A stretch of 61,857 bases of DNA, the filler included, from Hausera hauseri (Eukaryota), in NCBI GenBank assembly GCA_046269625.1. It is 11 parts of 11 records of this genome, joined end to end, with 100 filler letters (N's around TTAATTAATTAA, not from the genome) between each part and the next. Parts side by side here need not be neighbours in the genome. Positions count along the whole stretch, not along the records: positions 56,326 to 61,857 come from JBJURY010235295.1; 10 more parts are not named here. One strand, given 5' to 3'. Positions 61,175 to 61,857 of this stretch are shown in pieces. A program made the position numbers and the translations under genes. Under the pieces are notes generated by a model, which searched no databases, had not been told where the DNA came from, and saw nothing but the letters and a program-made list of their open reading frames with translations. Every line of letters starts with the position of its first letter. Positions within the stretch are counted from its first letter, which is position 1.

Positions 61175-61857
61175 GTGCACCCCGAAAGCAGGGGTTACTG
61201 GTTCCGAAGATGTCAGATTATCATTATCAGACATGTCAATGCTCACATTACATGTACGTATAGATTGGACATCACTTTTATACATTTCCTTCCAATAAGT
61301 TCCCATATGAGCGCAATTTTTGAGAAAACCTTGACACAATTGTGGATGAGTGTTTTCTATTTTCGAAAGATTCGTGGTCTAGGCACTCCAACTCCAATCG
61401 CCCGTTTGCAAGTAAGCTTTAAATAATTCTGGCATTTTGATTTTCATCGATATAATTGAACGCACCAAAATATGTACCTCCACTACCAAAATGCACCACG
61501 AAAAGAGTAAAGACAAACATGCCTTTAGTCAAAGAGTACGCAAATATACAATTGAACCGCAACACGACACAGCAGAAATCAGGAGTATTAACCAGTTTAT
61601 AGGAAATCACAAATCCGAAATCGCTGGTATTCTGGTGGACGCAGTTCAGGAGTTAAATGTGGTCAAGGTGAATTATTTTCTCAAAGCCATTTACACGATT
61701 ATTCATGGTGAAATCGCAAAACGGGCATTCAAGACAGTCGGAAAAGCCGTTTTGATGTACACATATCAACGCATTTATTAAAAATGAAAGTAACAAAATC
61801 GTCCACGAAGCAGATGAAAGTGAAGCGAAGAAAAGCGGATGGACATTAGACCACATA
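61175..61857 (+). pseudogene. Polinton protein-primed DNA polymerase B, N-terminal region (runs off the window)
   Basis: ORF 61437-61781 (..VKVNYFLKAIY..KRAFKT) continues after a frameshift as KIVHEADESEAKKSGWTLDHI, matching the E..GSGW-x-L..I motif upstream of Polinton pPolB. Confidence 0.6.

Overview
This AT-rich eukaryotic (probably invertebrate) window is not one locus. It is 11 contigs joined by ten 100-nt N-TTAATTAATTAA-N linkers, so adjacency across linkers means nothing. Most of it is degraded mobile DNA: Polinton/Maverick remnants, BEL/Pao, Ty3/Gypsy, mariner/Tc1, Merlin, a near full-length L1 and a 120-bp satellite with inversions. Host-gene pieces are CARM1/PRMT4, an LBR/ERG24-type sterol reductase with 38- and 43-nt introns, and a GATA zinc finger. 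The main observation is four copies, on four contigs and in two subfamilies, of an LTR element with Gypsy-type Gag (capsid plus CCHC knuckle). No protease, RT, RNase H or integrase follows Gag. Instead there is a large helical region, which in subfamily A carries an RS tract, a ubiquitin-like domain and an AT-hook, running in frame into a chuvirus-like (class III) envelope glycoprotein. Lesions fall at different places in each copy, so the ancestor appears to encode one Gag-X-Env polyprotein of roughly 2,400 aa. The element is either a pol-less enveloped retroelement or has an unusual gag-X-env-(pol) order; all contigs end before this can be settled. All family assignments are from motif recognition by eye, not from database searches.
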